This document shows, in pieces, positions 28,909 to 39,350 of a stretch of 50,395 nucleotides of DNA (positions within the stretch are counted from its first letter, which is position 1; each line of letters opens with the position of its first letter). The stretch covers positions 1 through 50,395 of the forward strand of contig JBIKLL010000013.1 in the NCBI GenBank assembly GCA_044359815.1, in the 5' to 3' direction. The position numbers were made by a program, and so were the translations under genes. Below the pieces are notes generated by a model. It was not told the origin of the DNA, did no database searches, and saw only the letters and a program-made list of their open reading frames with translations. The DNA comes from Pseudobdellovibrionaceae bacterium (GTDB lineage: Bacteria; Bdellovibrionota; Bdellovibrionia; Bdellovibrionales; Bdellovibrionaceae).

Positions 28909-28928
28909 TTCCAGACTCCCCTGAGTCG

Positions 28929-28960
28929 AAACGGCCCAGCATAACAGTTGGGCCGTTTTT
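28929..28960 (+). terminator. Intrinsic terminator
   Basis: AAACGGCCCA...TGGGCCGTTTTT. Confidence 0.85.
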
Positions 28961-28997
28961 ATTTGATTGTTTCAAAATAAATTGTCACAAAATATAT

Positions 28998-30545
28998 ATG
29001 ACAAAAAAATTAAAAAGCTTTCTTTACCTGGATCTCAGATCATTGGCTTTATTCCGAATTTTATTGGGTGCGCTTTTGATCAAAGACATCGTCGATCGCT
29101 TACCTTATCTGGCCACGTTTTATTCTGATTATGGGGTATTCCCCAGAACAGCGTTGATTCTGGAATTTGGCAGGGACTGGATGTGGTCGCTATTCAGTAT
29201 TTCGGGCCAGCCCGTGATTGTGTTGTTACTGATGCTGTTTACCATATTGGTCAGCTTTCTGTTGATGATCGGTTGGCGCACCAAGCTGATGAGTGTTTTA
29301 GCTTGGGTCATGTTTGCCTCACTGTACGCCAGAAATCCAATTTCCAATCACGGCGGTGACGACGTGATCAGAATGGCTTTATTTTGGGCGATGTTTTTAC
29401 CCTTGGGCCAATATTTTTCAGTGGACGCATTAAAAAATAAAATTAAGGTTACGGACAATACAATTTTAAGTCTGCCTGGATTTTTCTTTATCTCGCAGAT
29501 TGTGATCATTTATTTTTTCACCGGAATTTTGAAATCCCACCCCATTTGGACAACAGAGGGCTCTGCGATTTGGTACACATTGCAACTGGAAAGCTTTGTC
29601 AAACAACCCATTGGAGGGTTGCTGAAAATGTTGCCCTTGCAACTGCTGCAAGCAATGACATTGTTTACTTTATGGATGGAAAAGGCCGCGCCATTTTTGC
29701 TGTATTCTCCATTTATCAATGCACACTTCAGAATGTTTCTAATTATTTCATTTGTGCTATTTCATATTGGCCTATCGATGACTTTTCCGCTGGCTCTGTT
29801 TCCGTATATTTGTATCGTGTATTGGATTTCGCTGCTGCCTTCAGACTTTTGGGACAATTGGATACCCTCTGTTTCCCAGCATAAATCAGTTAAAATGATT
29901 TTGAAAAAAACAGAAAATTTTAGGCTTCAGTTGGTTAAAGCTTTTGAAGTGTTTCCTAAAAACCCTGAAGGATTTAATTTCTCAGCTAATGCCAGTCGCA
30001 AAATTAAATTTTTAGGATCAGCCGCTACAAATATTTTTTGCATTGTAGCTATGGTTACGGCTTTAACTTGGAATATTATGAACCTAAAAAAATCCGACAA
30101 TTTCAGAATCCCATCGCCCTTATTCGAAATGGGTTATTTTCTTAGGGTGGCTCAGTATTGGGCAATGTTTGCGCCCTTCCCGTATCGCGAAGACGGTTGG
30201 TTTGTCGTAAATTCAAAATTATTTAATGAGACCAATTGGAATACCTTTCACAACATTCCAGCAACCTTTGATAAGCCCGCAGATGTTTATGCTATCAACG
30301 GTGGATCGCTGTGGCGCAAATACATGTCGTATTTGCCAAAGGCAAAATACAAACAGTATTTACCCTATTTTGGTAAATGGCTCTGCAGAAGTTGGAACAA
30401 CAGACATCCAGAGCCTGAACGGATAAATTACACCGAGCTTTATTTTATGGAACAAATGGTACCTAACTATCCATTAACGGAACGTACGATTAATAAGAAA
30501 CTTATATGGCGGCACCATTGTTATTCAAATCCGCCTAAGACCTAA
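28998..30545 (+). CDS. HTTM-domain membrane protein
   Basis: DLRSLALFRI, RNP...GGD, IYFFTG..K, FHIG, QYWAMFAP. Confidence 0.9.
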   Translation: MTKKLKSFLYLDLRSLALFRILLGALLIKDIVDRLPYLATFYSDYGVFPRTALILEFGRDWMWSLFSISGQPVIVLLLMLFTILVSFLLMIGWRTKLMSVLAWVMFASLYARNPISNHGGDDVIRMALFWAMFLPLGQYFSVDALKNKIKVTDNTILSLPGFFFISQIVIIYFFTGILKSHPIWTTEGSAIWYTLQLESFVKQPIGGLLKMLPLQLLQAMTLFTLWMEKAAPFLLYSPFINAHFRMFLIISFVLFHIGLSMTFPLALFPYICIVYWISLLPSDFWDNWIPSVSQHKSVKMILKKTENFRLQLVKAFEVFPKNPEGFNFSANASRKIKFLGSAATNIFCIVAMVTALTWNIMNLKKSDNFRIPSPLFEMGYFLRVAQYWAMFAPFPYREDGWFVVNSKLFNETNWNTFHNIPATFDKPADVYAINGGSLWRKYMSYLPKAKYKQYLPYFGKWLCRSWNNRHPEPERINYTELYFMEQMVPNYPLTERTINKKLIWRHHCYSNPPKT

Positions 30546-31194
30546 ATGCACTCCAAGTAGGTGTGTGGTACGGCTGATTGATTTCACTCAACCACGGAAA
30601 ATCCATGCTGATCCAGTTTCTGATTCCCCTGCCACGAGCAATCACCCGTACAGATTTGGATTTAGCTAAATTTTTGATTTTGAACAGCACTTTATAAACA
30701 TCATACTTAGATCCAAAATCATAAATGAAATACAAATCAGCTTCAGGAATTTCAAAATCATAATTTGCTATATTGGCTTGTGTGATTTGCGACATCCCCA
30801 ATTTCCATTTATTAAATATCCGATTGCCTTCGTTGGCTCTTTCGGGAACAAATTCAAAACCACTAAATCTGACCATGGGACGTAAAAATCCTAAAACAAC
30901 ACCCATCCTGCCGTAACCCGCACCCAGATCGACCCATTTGTCACCGGGACTGGGATCCAAATAATCTATCATGTCTAAAATTTCGCTATACGGAGTTTGC
31001 AATGATTGAATATCTAACCCATACCACAGCTCCTGAGGAGCTTCCGTAGGACCCATAGAGCCTTTATCATACAGCTTGTCTTCGATCTGTTTGCTCTCAA
31101 ATCCCAAAATTCTATCCATTTTTTTTGCATGGAGTTTTGCGGACTTATAGTTTGGTTGTTTATCGCACAAATTTCTTTTAATTGTTTCAATCAA
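30535..31194 (-). CDS. Class I SAM-dependent methyltransferase
   Basis: TPYSEI, WVDLGAGYGR, GFEF, ADLYFIYDF; start codon uncertain. Confidence 0.8.
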   Translation of the reverse strand: MIETIKRNLCDKQPNYKSAKLHAKKMDRILGFESKQIEDKLYDKGSMGPTEAPQELWYGLDIQSLQTPYSEILDMIDYLDPSPGDKWVDLGAGYGRMGVVLGFLRPMVRFSGFEFVPERANEGNRIFNKWKLGMSQITQANIANYDFEIPEADLYFIYDFGSKYDVYKVLFKIKNLAKSKSVRVIARGRGIRNWISMDFPWLSEINQPYHTPTWSAFRS

Positions 31195-31257
31195 GCTTGC
31201 AGATTTCAGAAACAGATCCTCAGTTTAGACATTTAAATTTCTTTTGAACAACAATAA

Positions 31258-32223
31258 TCACGCACCCTCGACAGGCAAAACATCCAAATCTTTTGGTCTG
31301 ATTTTACGAATTTCATCAGGTACAGATTGAATAATGGCTTCTGTCAGCGCATTAATCAACTCAATTTTGTAATGCTCGCGTCTGTATATCAAACCAATTT
31401 CTCGTGCAGGAATTGGTCTTTCAAACTCGATCAGCTTTGAACTCTCACCAATGTGATCCTTGGCAAGCCACGGCAGCAAAGTGTATCCGCCATAACTGCT
31501 GATTAAATTTTTCAGTGTTTCCAGATTTCCACTTTCGAACTTGTATTTTCTTTTTTTACCTTCGGTGTCTTTGATTTTGCAAACATCAATTATTTGGCTT
31601 CTGAGGCAGTGACCTTCCTCAAGCAGCCACAGCTCTTCGGACCTGAGCGCTTGATGTTTGATTTTTTTATACTGTGCCAACGGACTGGCTTTTGAACTCA
31701 AAACTAAAAAAGGCTCGAAGTACAAAGACTTTTCGATCAGCTTGTTATTAGAAATGGGAATCGCCAATAATCCCACATCAATTTCATCACCAACAAAGGC
31801 ATCAATAATCTGATGTGTTTGCAGTTCTTTGATTTGCAAATAAATCCCTGGATACAGGCTTTCGATTTTTGGCAGCAATCTGGGTAACAGATAAGGAGCT
31901 ATTGTGGGAATCACTCCCAGCACTAACTGACCGGTAAGCAGGTCAGAATTTTGCGTCTCAATAATCCCATCTATTCTGCGCGCTTCTGAAACAACCTTTT
32001 GGATTTGATCCAAAATTTGTTCGCCAATCTTGGTTAACAAAATTGGCTTCTTGGATCGGTCAAAAATAATGACCCCCAGGGATTCTTCCAATTTTTGGAT
32101 TTGCATACTAAGCGTGGGTTGAGTCACATGACAGGCCTCGGCAGCTTTTGCAAAATGCCCGTGCTTTTGGACAGCCAAAACATACTCAAGTTGAGTCAAA
32201 GAAAAGTTTAATTTCGAACTCAT
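31258..32223 (-). CDS. oxyR: Peroxide-sensing LysR regulator OxyR
   Basis: HFAKAAEACHVTQPTLS; LEEGHCLRSQIIDVC (C199/C208 equivalents); divergent from ahpCF. Confidence 0.93.
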   Translation of the reverse strand: MSSKLNFSLTQLEYVLAVQKHGHFAKAAEACHVTQPTLSMQIQKLEESLGVIIFDRSKKPILLTKIGEQILDQIQKVVSEARRIDGIIETQNSDLLTGQLVLGVIPTIAPYLLPRLLPKIESLYPGIYLQIKELQTHQIIDAFVGDEIDVGLLAIPISNNKLIEKSLYFEPFLVLSSKASPLAQYKKIKHQALRSEELWLLEEGHCLRSQIIDVCKIKDTEGKKRKYKFESGNLETLKNLISSYGGYTLLPWLAKDHIGESSKLIEFERPIPAREIGLIYRREHYKIELINALTEAIIQSVPDEIRKIRPKDLDVLPVEGA

Positions 32224-32327
32224 ACGCGCCTCATTATGCTGCAGGCGTTATCACTGCCTGTCAAAAAGGACCTAAATACCACCTGGTTTCAGCTGCTTAT
32301 GGTCATTCGCAGAACTGAAAACATTAT

Positions 32328-32344
32328 GATAGATTAAATCTATC
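32328..32344. promoter_or_regulatory. OxyR operator element
   Basis: GATAG-attaaat-CTATC (ATAG-N7-CTAT) between oxyR and ahpC. Confidence 0.8.
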
Positions 32345-32434
32345 GTTTATAATATATTATCGATTTAACAAATTGGCAAGAAATCCGTAATCTAAGTAAC
32401 AAGAACAAACAAACCAATAACAAAGGAGATCTCA

Positions 32435-33001
32435 ATGCAAACATTAATCAATACCAAGGTTCCTGATTTTAAAGTTCAGGCTTACCACAACAGCCAATTT
32501 AAAACGGTCACTCAAAGTGAGCTGAACGGCAAATGGTCTGTGTTTTTTTTCTATCCGGCAGATTTCACTTTCGTATGCCCAACAGAATTGGGTGATATGG
32601 CTGACAAATATGCTGAGTTTCAAAAAATGGGTGTCGAGGTTTACAGCGTAAGCACGGACACGCATTTTACCCATAAAGCGTGGCATGACACATCTGAAAC
32701 AATCAAAAAAATTAAGTATCCAATGATAGCTGATCCCACAGGGCATCTGTCTAGAGCCTTCGGTGTATATATCGAAGACGCGGGATTAGCTTACCGAGGA
32801 ACATTTTTGGTGAACCCAGAAGGTCACATAAAATTAGCTGAGGTCAACGACAACGGCATCGGCAGAAATGCGAATGAGCTTCTAAGAAAAGTTCAAGCAG
32901 CTCAGTACATTGCTAAAAATCCAAATGAAGTTTGCCCTGCTAAATGGCAACCAGGTGACAAGACTCTAAAACCTGGATTGGACCTTGTAGGAAAAATCTA
33001 A
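32435..33001 (+). CDS. ahpC: Alkyl hydroperoxide reductase subunit C
   Basis: FYPADFTFVCPTE, EVCPAKW, LDLVGKI. Confidence 0.98.
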   Translation: MQTLINTKVPDFKVQAYHNSQFKTVTQSELNGKWSVFFFYPADFTFVCPTELGDMADKYAEFQKMGVEVYSVSTDTHFTHKAWHDTSETIKKIKYPMIADPTGHLSRAFGVYIEDAGLAYRGTFLVNPEGHIKLAEVNDNGIGRNANELLRKVQAAQYIAKNPNEVCPAKWQPGDKTLKPGLDLVGKI

Positions 33002-33023
33002 TCGTTTTTTGAATTTGTAATTT

Positions 33024-33051
33024 AAGGCCCTCTTTGCGGAGGGCCTTTTTT
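33024..33051 (+). terminator. Terminator or stabilising hairpin between ahpC and ahpF
   Basis: AAGGCCCTC-tttgcg-GAGGGCCTTTTTT. Confidence 0.8.
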
Positions 33052-33076
33052 AAACCCACTTTCCTAAGGAGTGTTT

Positions 33077-34657
33077 ATGCTCGACGAAAATGTGAAAAAC
33101 CAACTTGTTCAAGTTTTCAGTCCTTTAGAAAGCGAAATCGGTTTTGTTTATTTAAATAATGGCCATGCTGATCAAAACGATTTGCTAACTCTGCTGGGTG
33201 ACGTGGTCGAAACCAATCCGACAAAGCTCAAGCTTATAAAATCTGAAATTTATCCGACACAAAATAATTCCCCGGAGTTTTATATTTCTGTTAATGGAAA
33301 ACAAACAGGTGTGACCTTCAAAGGCATTCCGAATGGACATGAATTCACCTCACTCATTGTTGCTATTTTAAATGCCGACGGCAAAGGCAAGATGGCTGAC
33401 CCCTTACTGAAGGAAAGAATCAAGTCTATCCATGGTCCGGTACATGTTAGAACAATTGTATCTTTGACCTGTGAAAATTGTCCTGAGGTCGTACAGGCGT
33501 TAAACCAAATGGCGCTGATCCATCCAAATTTTAAACATGAAATGGTTGATGGCGGGTATTATCAGGACGAAATTAACAAATTGGGAATCCAAGGCGTTCC
33601 CTCAGTAGTCGTGAACAATCAGATGGTGCATTCGGGTCGATCAAATTTATTGGATCTGATTGGAAAAATGGAAGAAGTCTTTGGCAAATCCGCTGGTCAA
33701 TTAGATCCATCAATGTTGAACCTGGGAACTTTTGATGTCGTGGTTGTAGGCGGTGGCCCCGCCGGTGCGAGTGCTGCGATTTATTCAGTCAGAAAAGGCT
33801 TATCCACCGTATTGATTGCCGATAAAATTGGTGGTCAGGTTCAGGAAACCAGAGGTATCGAAAACCTTATTTCTGTGGTTTACACCGAAGGCCCGCAATT
33901 GGCGGCAAGCTTGGCAAAACACCTTGCACATTATCCAGTGAAACTTTTGGAAAACAGAAGATTAAAGTCTTTGAAAAAATCTGAAGGTCCTGGTTTACAC
34001 GAAATTGCTCTTGAATCAGGCGAAACGCTCAAAGCAAAACAGATCATTATTGCAACAGGTGCAAAATGGCGCGAGCTCAACGTGCCCGGAGAAAAAGACT
34101 ACATGGGCAGAGGCGTGGCTTTCTGCCCCCATTGCGACGGACCGTTTTACAAAGACAAAGACGTTGCTGTCATTGGTGGTGGAAATTCTGGAGTCGAAGC
34201 AGCGATTGATTTGGCGGGAATCGTAAAAAATGTGGTTTTGTTTGAATATAATAATGAGCTCAAGGCAGATAAAATCCTGGTCGACAAATTAATGTCTTTG
34301 CCCAATATCAAAGTTATGACAAATGCGAAAACTGAAAAGGTTTTGGGGAATTCAGAAAAAGTCACAGGACTTGAATACACCGACAGAAAAACTGAACAAA
34401 AAAACAAAATTGAATTAGACGGAATTTTTGTTCAAATTGGATTGGTTCCAAATAGCTCTTTTGCAAAAGGAGTCTTGGAGCTTTCAAAATATGGCGAAAT
34501 CATCGTTGATGAAAAATGTCACACTTCGGTTGATGGAATTTATGCAGCTGGCGACGTGACGACCACTCCGTACAAACAGATCATCATATCTATGGGCGAA
34601 GGTGCCAAGGCTGCATTGTCAGCCTTTGAAGATCGCATGAAATCTGCGGTGGGTTAG
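33077..34657 (+). CDS. ahpF: Alkyl hydroperoxide reductase subunit F
   Basis: [41 protein letters not shown]. Confidence 0.97.
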   Translation: MLDENVKNQLVQVFSPLESEIGFVYLNNGHADQNDLLTLLGDVVETNPTKLKLIKSEIYPTQNNSPEFYISVNGKQTGVTFKGIPNGHEFTSLIVAILNADGKGKMADPLLKERIKSIHGPVHVRTIVSLTCENCPEVVQALNQMALIHPNFKHEMVDGGYYQDEINKLGIQGVPSVVVNNQMVHSGRSNLLDLIGKMEEVFGKSAGQLDPSMLNLGTFDVVVVGGGPAGASAAIYSVRKGLSTVLIADKIGGQVQETRGIENLISVVYTEGPQLAASLAKHLAHYPVKLLENRRLKSLKKSEGPGLHEIALESGETLKAKQIIIATGAKWRELNVPGEKDYMGRGVAFCPHCDGPFYKDKDVAVIGGGNSGVEAAIDLAGIVKNVVLFEYNNELKADKILVDKLMSLPNIKVMTNAKTEKVLGNSEKVTGLEYTDRKTEQKNKIELDGIFVQIGLVPNSSFAKGVLELSKYGEIIVDEKCHTSVDGIYAAGDVTTTPYKQIIISMGEGAKAALSAFEDRMKSAVG

Positions 34658-34856
34658 CTTCGAAATGGCTAATGAGTCTATAGACTGGTGATTATTCTGT
34701 TTATACCTGTTGGACTCATACCTTTTTGGACTTATAGAATTTATGTCTCGAATTGAGATTAATTAATCATTCGGCCTTCAGAATTGCTCGGTCAAATTGA
34801 GTGTTTAAGTATTAGCTATTTATTAATACTCAATTTTACACTAACCTAGAACTGGG

Positions 34857-36056
34857 ATGAAATTTTCGGGATGGCTTAAATATAATAAATTTTTGGATAA
34901 AAACTACGTCAAATTGGTTTATAAATTTGTATTTGTTGCTTTGATTTTATCAATCCCACCAGCCCTTGCGTTGATTCCAATGATGTACATACCACTGCCT
35001 TCTTCAACTGGCACTTTTCCACATGCGAACACTGTGGTCGCCAATCAAGCTGATATTTTGTTTGTAGTTGATAATTCGTTTTCTACTGAAGACTATCAAG
35101 GCGAACTTGATAGAAGGGTCATCAATTTGATCAGTCAGCTAGTTGGGATTGATTACAGAATTGCGGTAACAACTTCTAGCACTTTTTGCAACGGCGGCAG
35201 GTACTTGCTGTCAATGCCACCCAATTACAATCACCCACCAACTCCTTCCGATTTTGTTTTTTCAGATGCTGGCGGAGGCATAGGTACCAATTGCGCTTTT
35301 GATCCGCCTTACAATGTATCGAATTCTCCTAATTACTGGCACATAGATGGACCACTTGAAAACTATGGCGGTTACATTATGGACGGATTGATCATGCCAC
35401 TATTCAACTCACCAGGATTTTGGGTCACAAATACAACCCCAAATCCGCAGACTGTCGTAGGAGCAACTATCGTTGAAGCTGGATTTAAAGGTGCATGGTC
35501 TGAACAAAGTATTAAAGCCGTCTATCGCGCCGTAGAGCGAAGTCAAATAAATGATCTGAATGGTTATAACACTAATAATATAAACTTTTTTAGGCCTTCA
35601 GCTTCTTTTGTTGTAATCATGCTATCAGACGCTACTGAATCGGGAAATTTACCTGAAAACCAAGCAGCCAATTTATACAACTTTGTAAAAACAGTTTGGC
35701 CCACAAAGAATTTCTATTATCATTCTATTTATAATGCTTCATGGGATCTATCTTGTGAAACGCTTAGAGGCTTACTTGAAACATGTTCAACTGGACAGTA
35801 TACCGCAATCACAAATTTGACCAACGGCATTGCCGGAGATATTCAAAATAGCAATTACACAAGCTATTTATCAAGCATGGGAACTCAGATCAAAAATGCC
35901 ACAAAAGTAATTCCACTAGATTGCAATCCCATTGGACCCGTTACTATCACAGGCCCACCGAACCCTACTTATTCAATCGTGTTAAATGAAATTCATTTCA
36001 CAGGTTTTTTAACACCAGGAACTTACACATTTAATTATAATTGTTCGACACCCTAA
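34857..36056 (+). CDS. Secreted vWA-domain protein
   Basis: Signal-like segment ending ALA; DILFVVDNSFS (DxSxS MIDAS), YRIAVTT, FFRPSA, IMLSDA. Confidence 0.8.
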   Translation: MKFSGWLKYNKFLDKNYVKLVYKFVFVALILSIPPALALIPMMYIPLPSSTGTFPHANTVVANQADILFVVDNSFSTEDYQGELDRRVINLISQLVGIDYRIAVTTSSTFCNGGRYLLSMPPNYNHPPTPSDFVFSDAGGGIGTNCAFDPPYNVSNSPNYWHIDGPLENYGGYIMDGLIMPLFNSPGFWVTNTTPNPQTVVGATIVEAGFKGAWSEQSIKAVYRAVERSQINDLNGYNTNNINFFRPSASFVVIMLSDATESGNLPENQAANLYNFVKTVWPTKNFYYHSIYNASWDLSCETLRGLLETCSTGQYTAITNLTNGIAGDIQNSNYTSYLSSMGTQIKNATKVIPLDCNPIGPVTITGPPNPTYSIVLNEIHFTGFLTPGTYTFNYNCSTP

Positions 36057-36059
36057 AAT

Positions 36060-36563
36060 TTATTTTTGGAAATTCACATTGCCTAAATAATCCATTTTGC
36101 CGATATCGACACCTGCGTTTCTGAGAAGCGCATAAACTGTCGTGATGTGAAAATAGAAATTTGGCACTGCTACCTGCTCTATATAATCTTCTGCCTGTAA
36201 CCATTGTCCCTGTGCCCAGGTTGGTTTTACTTTCACCGCAGAAGCTTTTGAAAAATCAGATTCCTTAAAGCCTTCCAGATAAGTGACGACTTTCTGAATG
36301 CGCTCACGCAATTGGGGCCAAGTTGTTTCAGTGTCCTCATGTTTAGGTGCAGTTTGTTCTGACAAATAAGCCGCCGAGAATTTTGCTGTGTCACAGGCAA
36401 TCTGAATCTGTCGACTCAGGGGAAACATATCAGGCGCCAAACGAGCATGGGTAAGCACATTGACATCAAATTTTTTGCTGTCTGCGTATCCCGCGGCCTT
36501 AGCCATCAGTTTGTCCAGATTCTTGAGCATCTTTTGAAAATGAAATATTTGGTTTGTGTTCAT
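36060..36563 (-). CDS. DUF1993 family protein
   Basis: ARLAPDMFPL..QIQIACD, PNFYFHITTVYALLR..GVDIGK.DY. Confidence 0.93.
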   Translation of the reverse strand: MNTNQIFHFQKMLKNLDKLMAKAAGYADSKKFDVNVLTHARLAPDMFPLSRQIQIACDTAKFSAAYLSEQTAPKHEDTETTWPQLRERIQKVVTYLEGFKESDFSKASAVKVKPTWAQGQWLQAEDYIEQVAVPNFYFHITTVYALLRNAGVDIGKMDYLGNVNFQK

Positions 36564-36590
36564 TAAATTTCCTTTCGAAATTTTATTTAA

Positions 36591-37964
36591 TTAACTTTTT
36601 GTCCGGATGAACATATCAAAAATCACCTGTCTGCGGTAATTAAAAATTGTCGATACATCTGATGTGACCTTCCAACCTGCAGACAGCTGTCCTAAATAAC
36701 CCAGCGGTAGCTGATAAATAACAACATCAGTCATTAGGGTGCCATTACCCAGCTTTTCAAATGTATGAGTGTGATGCCATTTCTTGTAGGGACCAGACAG
36801 TTGAGTATCCACAAATTTCTGCGGAGGATTCCAATCCAAAATCTGGGTCCGCCATTTAAACGGAATCCCATAAAGCTTCAATTGATAATCTATCAACGAA
36901 TTGTTTCGGACTTCGTCTGTGGATTTTCCCAACACCTTGAAATTTAAAAAAGGCGGAGTCAGTTTTTCCAGATTATATTCGTCCGCAAAAAACGGAAACA
37001 ACTCATCAGGTTTTTGGGGTACATACTGTCTGCACACCAGCTCGTTTTGTGACTGCTTTTGGTTTTGCAAAATATCTAGCAAGGACTCTGTCAATTGAGA
37101 AAATTTAAACTTAAATCCCAGCTCTTGGGCTTTTTGGGGTAGCACCTTTGCTGAAGCCAGCAAAACATCTGACATTTCACCCAAGGCCAGCTTGAGTGCA
37201 ATGGAAGGTGTATTTAGAATCGTAGGCCTGTCAATAGCCTGCCCTAAAACCTTGGCAAAGTCTTTTTGCAAACTTGGGTTCGGAGAAGTCGCATTGATCA
37301 CGCCTTGGTAACTGTCTTTTTTGACTGCTGCTAAAATCAATTCTTGCAAATCATCCAGATGAATCCAACTTAACCACTGATTACCACCACCCAATGGGCC
37401 ACCAGCTCCGGATTTAAATGCTGGCAGCATTTTATCTAAAGCACCACCGCCTCTGCCCAAAACAACTCCGATCCTGAAACACACGGCCTGCCCCTTGAAT
37501 CCGCGATCCAAAACCTCTGATTCCCATTGGCGACAAACATCAGCCAAAAATCCTTGGCCCACTGTTGAGCGTTCGGTTAGCTCTTCATCGCCTCTGGCGC
37601 CGTAAAATCCGATAGCTGAAGCTGAAATAAATTTTTTGATTTTTTTATTTAATGCAAACTGCATCAGTTTTTTCGTGGAAATCACTCTTGAATCCAAAAT
37701 GCTTTGCTTTACAGATTTGTTCCACCGTTTACCCGCGACTGGTTCGCCCATCAGGTGAATAACGGCATCGATGCCAGCAATTGAATCCGGCACTGATTCA
37801 TTTTGTTTGTAATCCCATTTAATGAAATCAGCTGGAAAGGGACATAATTTCTGGGCGGCCTCTGTGTCCCGCACTAATGCCACAATGGAATGACCTTCTT
37901 GCACAAGCTTTATGCCCAACGTTTGCCCGACCCATCCAGTGGCACCAGTCATTAGAATTTTCAT
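36591..37964 (-). CDS. TIGR01777 (YfcH-like) NAD-dependent epimerase fused to a C-terminal SRPBCC domain
   Basis: TGATGWVG, SASAIGFYG, SWIHLDD; C-terminal NLEKLTPP...FVDTQLSGPY..WHHTH. Confidence 0.92.
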   Translation of the reverse strand: MKILMTGATGWVGQTLGIKLVQEGHSIVALVRDTEAAQKLCPFPADFIKWDYKQNESVPDSIAGIDAVIHLMGEPVAGKRWNKSVKQSILDSRVISTKKLMQFALNKKIKKFISASAIGFYGARGDEELTERSTVGQGFLADVCRQWESEVLDRGFKGQAVCFRIGVVLGRGGGALDKMLPAFKSGAGGPLGGGNQWLSWIHLDDLQELILAAVKKDSYQGVINATSPNPSLQKDFAKVLGQAIDRPTILNTPSIALKLALGEMSDVLLASAKVLPQKAQELGFKFKFSQLTESLLDILQNQKQSQNELVCRQYVPQKPDELFPFFADEYNLEKLTPPFLNFKVLGKSTDEVRNNSLIDYQLKLYGIPFKWRTQILDWNPPQKFVDTQLSGPYKKWHHTHTFEKLGNGTLMTDVVIYQLPLGYLGQLSAGWKVTSDVSTIFNYRRQVIFDMFIRTKS

Positions 37965-38092
37965 TTTTACCTCTTAAATTTGTCGTTTTCAAATTACGGA
38001 AACTGATTTTCGATTGCACTGTCAAAAAGTATTTTTCTTTACCCGCATGCAAGAGCAGATTGTTTTATAAAAACTGATAAATGTCCAATTTA

Positions 38093-38401
38093 TTATCGTC
38101 CACAGTATTCGCGTTGTATGACATCAAGAAGCTTCCTAAGCCTTTGATCAGCAAGACAGTAGTATCTGAATTTTCCGTCTCGTTCACGATTAACTAACCC
38201 CTCATAGTTTAGACGAGCTAGAAAATGTGACATTTGTGATTGCGGTAACTGACACAATTCCACCAACTGGGTAACGGTTTTATGCCCTGAGCTTAAATGA
38301 CCCAAAATCATAAGTCGACCTGGATGCGAGAGCGACTTTAGCACCCTACTGATATCCTCACATGACCTCTGCATTTTAGCCATAGACAATTTAGACTGCA
38401 C
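38093..38401 (-). CDS. ArsR/SmtB-family regulator (BigR/SqrR-like)
   Basis: LKSLSHPGRLMIL, QSQMSHFLARL, GLV..ERDGK.RYY, C-terminal YC. Confidence 0.88.
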   Translation of the reverse strand: MQSKLSMAKMQRSCEDISRVLKSLSHPGRLMILGHLSSGHKTVTQLVELCQLPQSQMSHFLARLNYEGLVNRERDGKFRYYCLADQRLRKLLDVIQREYCGR

Positions 38402-38525
38402 CTGGCCCCTCCAATTTCCTTCTGCCAGTATTTACTGGCGCAAAACAAGACAATATCATAATTTAAACATGTTCATATTGACATATTATGTATTTAACAT
38501 ATATTAAAGAAAAGGAAGGTGCAAT

Positions 38526-38882
38526 ATGGAAATTTTGAGTAACGAAACTTTCAAACAAAAAATCTTTGACTATGAAAAATCCAAGGAATGGTCATTTACT
38601 GGCACCAGGCCAGCCATTGTTGATTTCTATGCCGATTGGTGCGCGCCCTGTCGAGCGCTAGCTCCCGTATTAGAGGAAGTTGCCCAAAAATATCAAGGCA
38701 AATTGGACATCTACAAGGTAAATACCGAAACTAATCCTGAACTGGCTAGTTTGTTTGGAGTTCGCGGCATTCCTGCCTTGTTGTTTATACCCATGAACGG
38801 TGATCCAGCTATGCAGGCTGGATTTATGCCAGCATCAGGTTTTGACCAAGCAATTTCTGAATTATTTAACATCAAAGGATAA
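38526..38882 (+). CDS. Thioredoxin
   Basis: VDFYADWCAPC, GIPALLF. Confidence 0.93.
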   Translation: MEILSNETFKQKIFDYEKSKEWSFTGTRPAIVDFYADWCAPCRALAPVLEEVAQKYQGKLDIYKVNTETNPELASLFGVRGIPALLFIPMNGDPAMQAGFMPASGFDQAISELFNIKG

Positions 38883-38885
38883 AAC

Positions 38886-39350
38886 ATGAAACTCAATCTA
38901 AAATGGACAGACATGATGACGTTTACAGGCTCTGCTGATGGCAAGCAGGTTGATATGGATGCTAAAGCTCCTTTAGGCAGAGGCTCCGCCATGACTCCCA
39001 AGGAACTGGTGGCCGCTGGATTGGCCGGCTGCACAGCTATGGATGTGGTAGCGCTCTTCAAAAAACACAAACAGAACATGAAAACTTTTGATGTTGATGT
39101 CGATATTGAAACAAGCACCCAAGGTCATCCCGTGGTATTTACTAAAGCCATATTAACTTTCAAAGTAACTGGTGAAGTCACACCTGAGATCTTCAAAGAA
39201 TCAGTTGTTTTATCGCAAACCAAATATTGTGGAGTCAGCGCTATGCTAGCTAAGGCCTTTCCGATTCACTATAGATTGCTACTAAATGATCAAATAATTT
39301 TGGAAGGACAATCACATTTTGAAACTCAGTTTGTGGCTTTGGAAACTTAG
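38886..39350 (+). CDS. OsmC/YhfA family protein
   Basis: PKELVAAGLAGCTAMDV, SQTKYCGVS. Confidence 0.92.
   Translation: MKLNLKWTDMMTFTGSADGKQVDMDAKAPLGRGSAMTPKELVAAGLAGCTAMDVVALFKKHKQNMKTFDVDVDIETSTQGHPVVFTKAILTFKVTGEVTPEIFKESVVLSQTKYCGVSAMLAKAFPIHYRLLLNDQIILEGQSHFETQFVALET

Noticed and set aside
31194..31233. Programmed frameshift at the methyltransferase 5' end (upstream ATG out of frame)
   Set aside because: An in-frame TTG start exists and no slippery site with a stimulator is evident; this cannot be separated from an indel without homologues.
36591..37964. TIGR01777-SRPBCC fusion as a novelty
   Set aside because: As far as I recall this architecture already occurs in several bacterial phyla.
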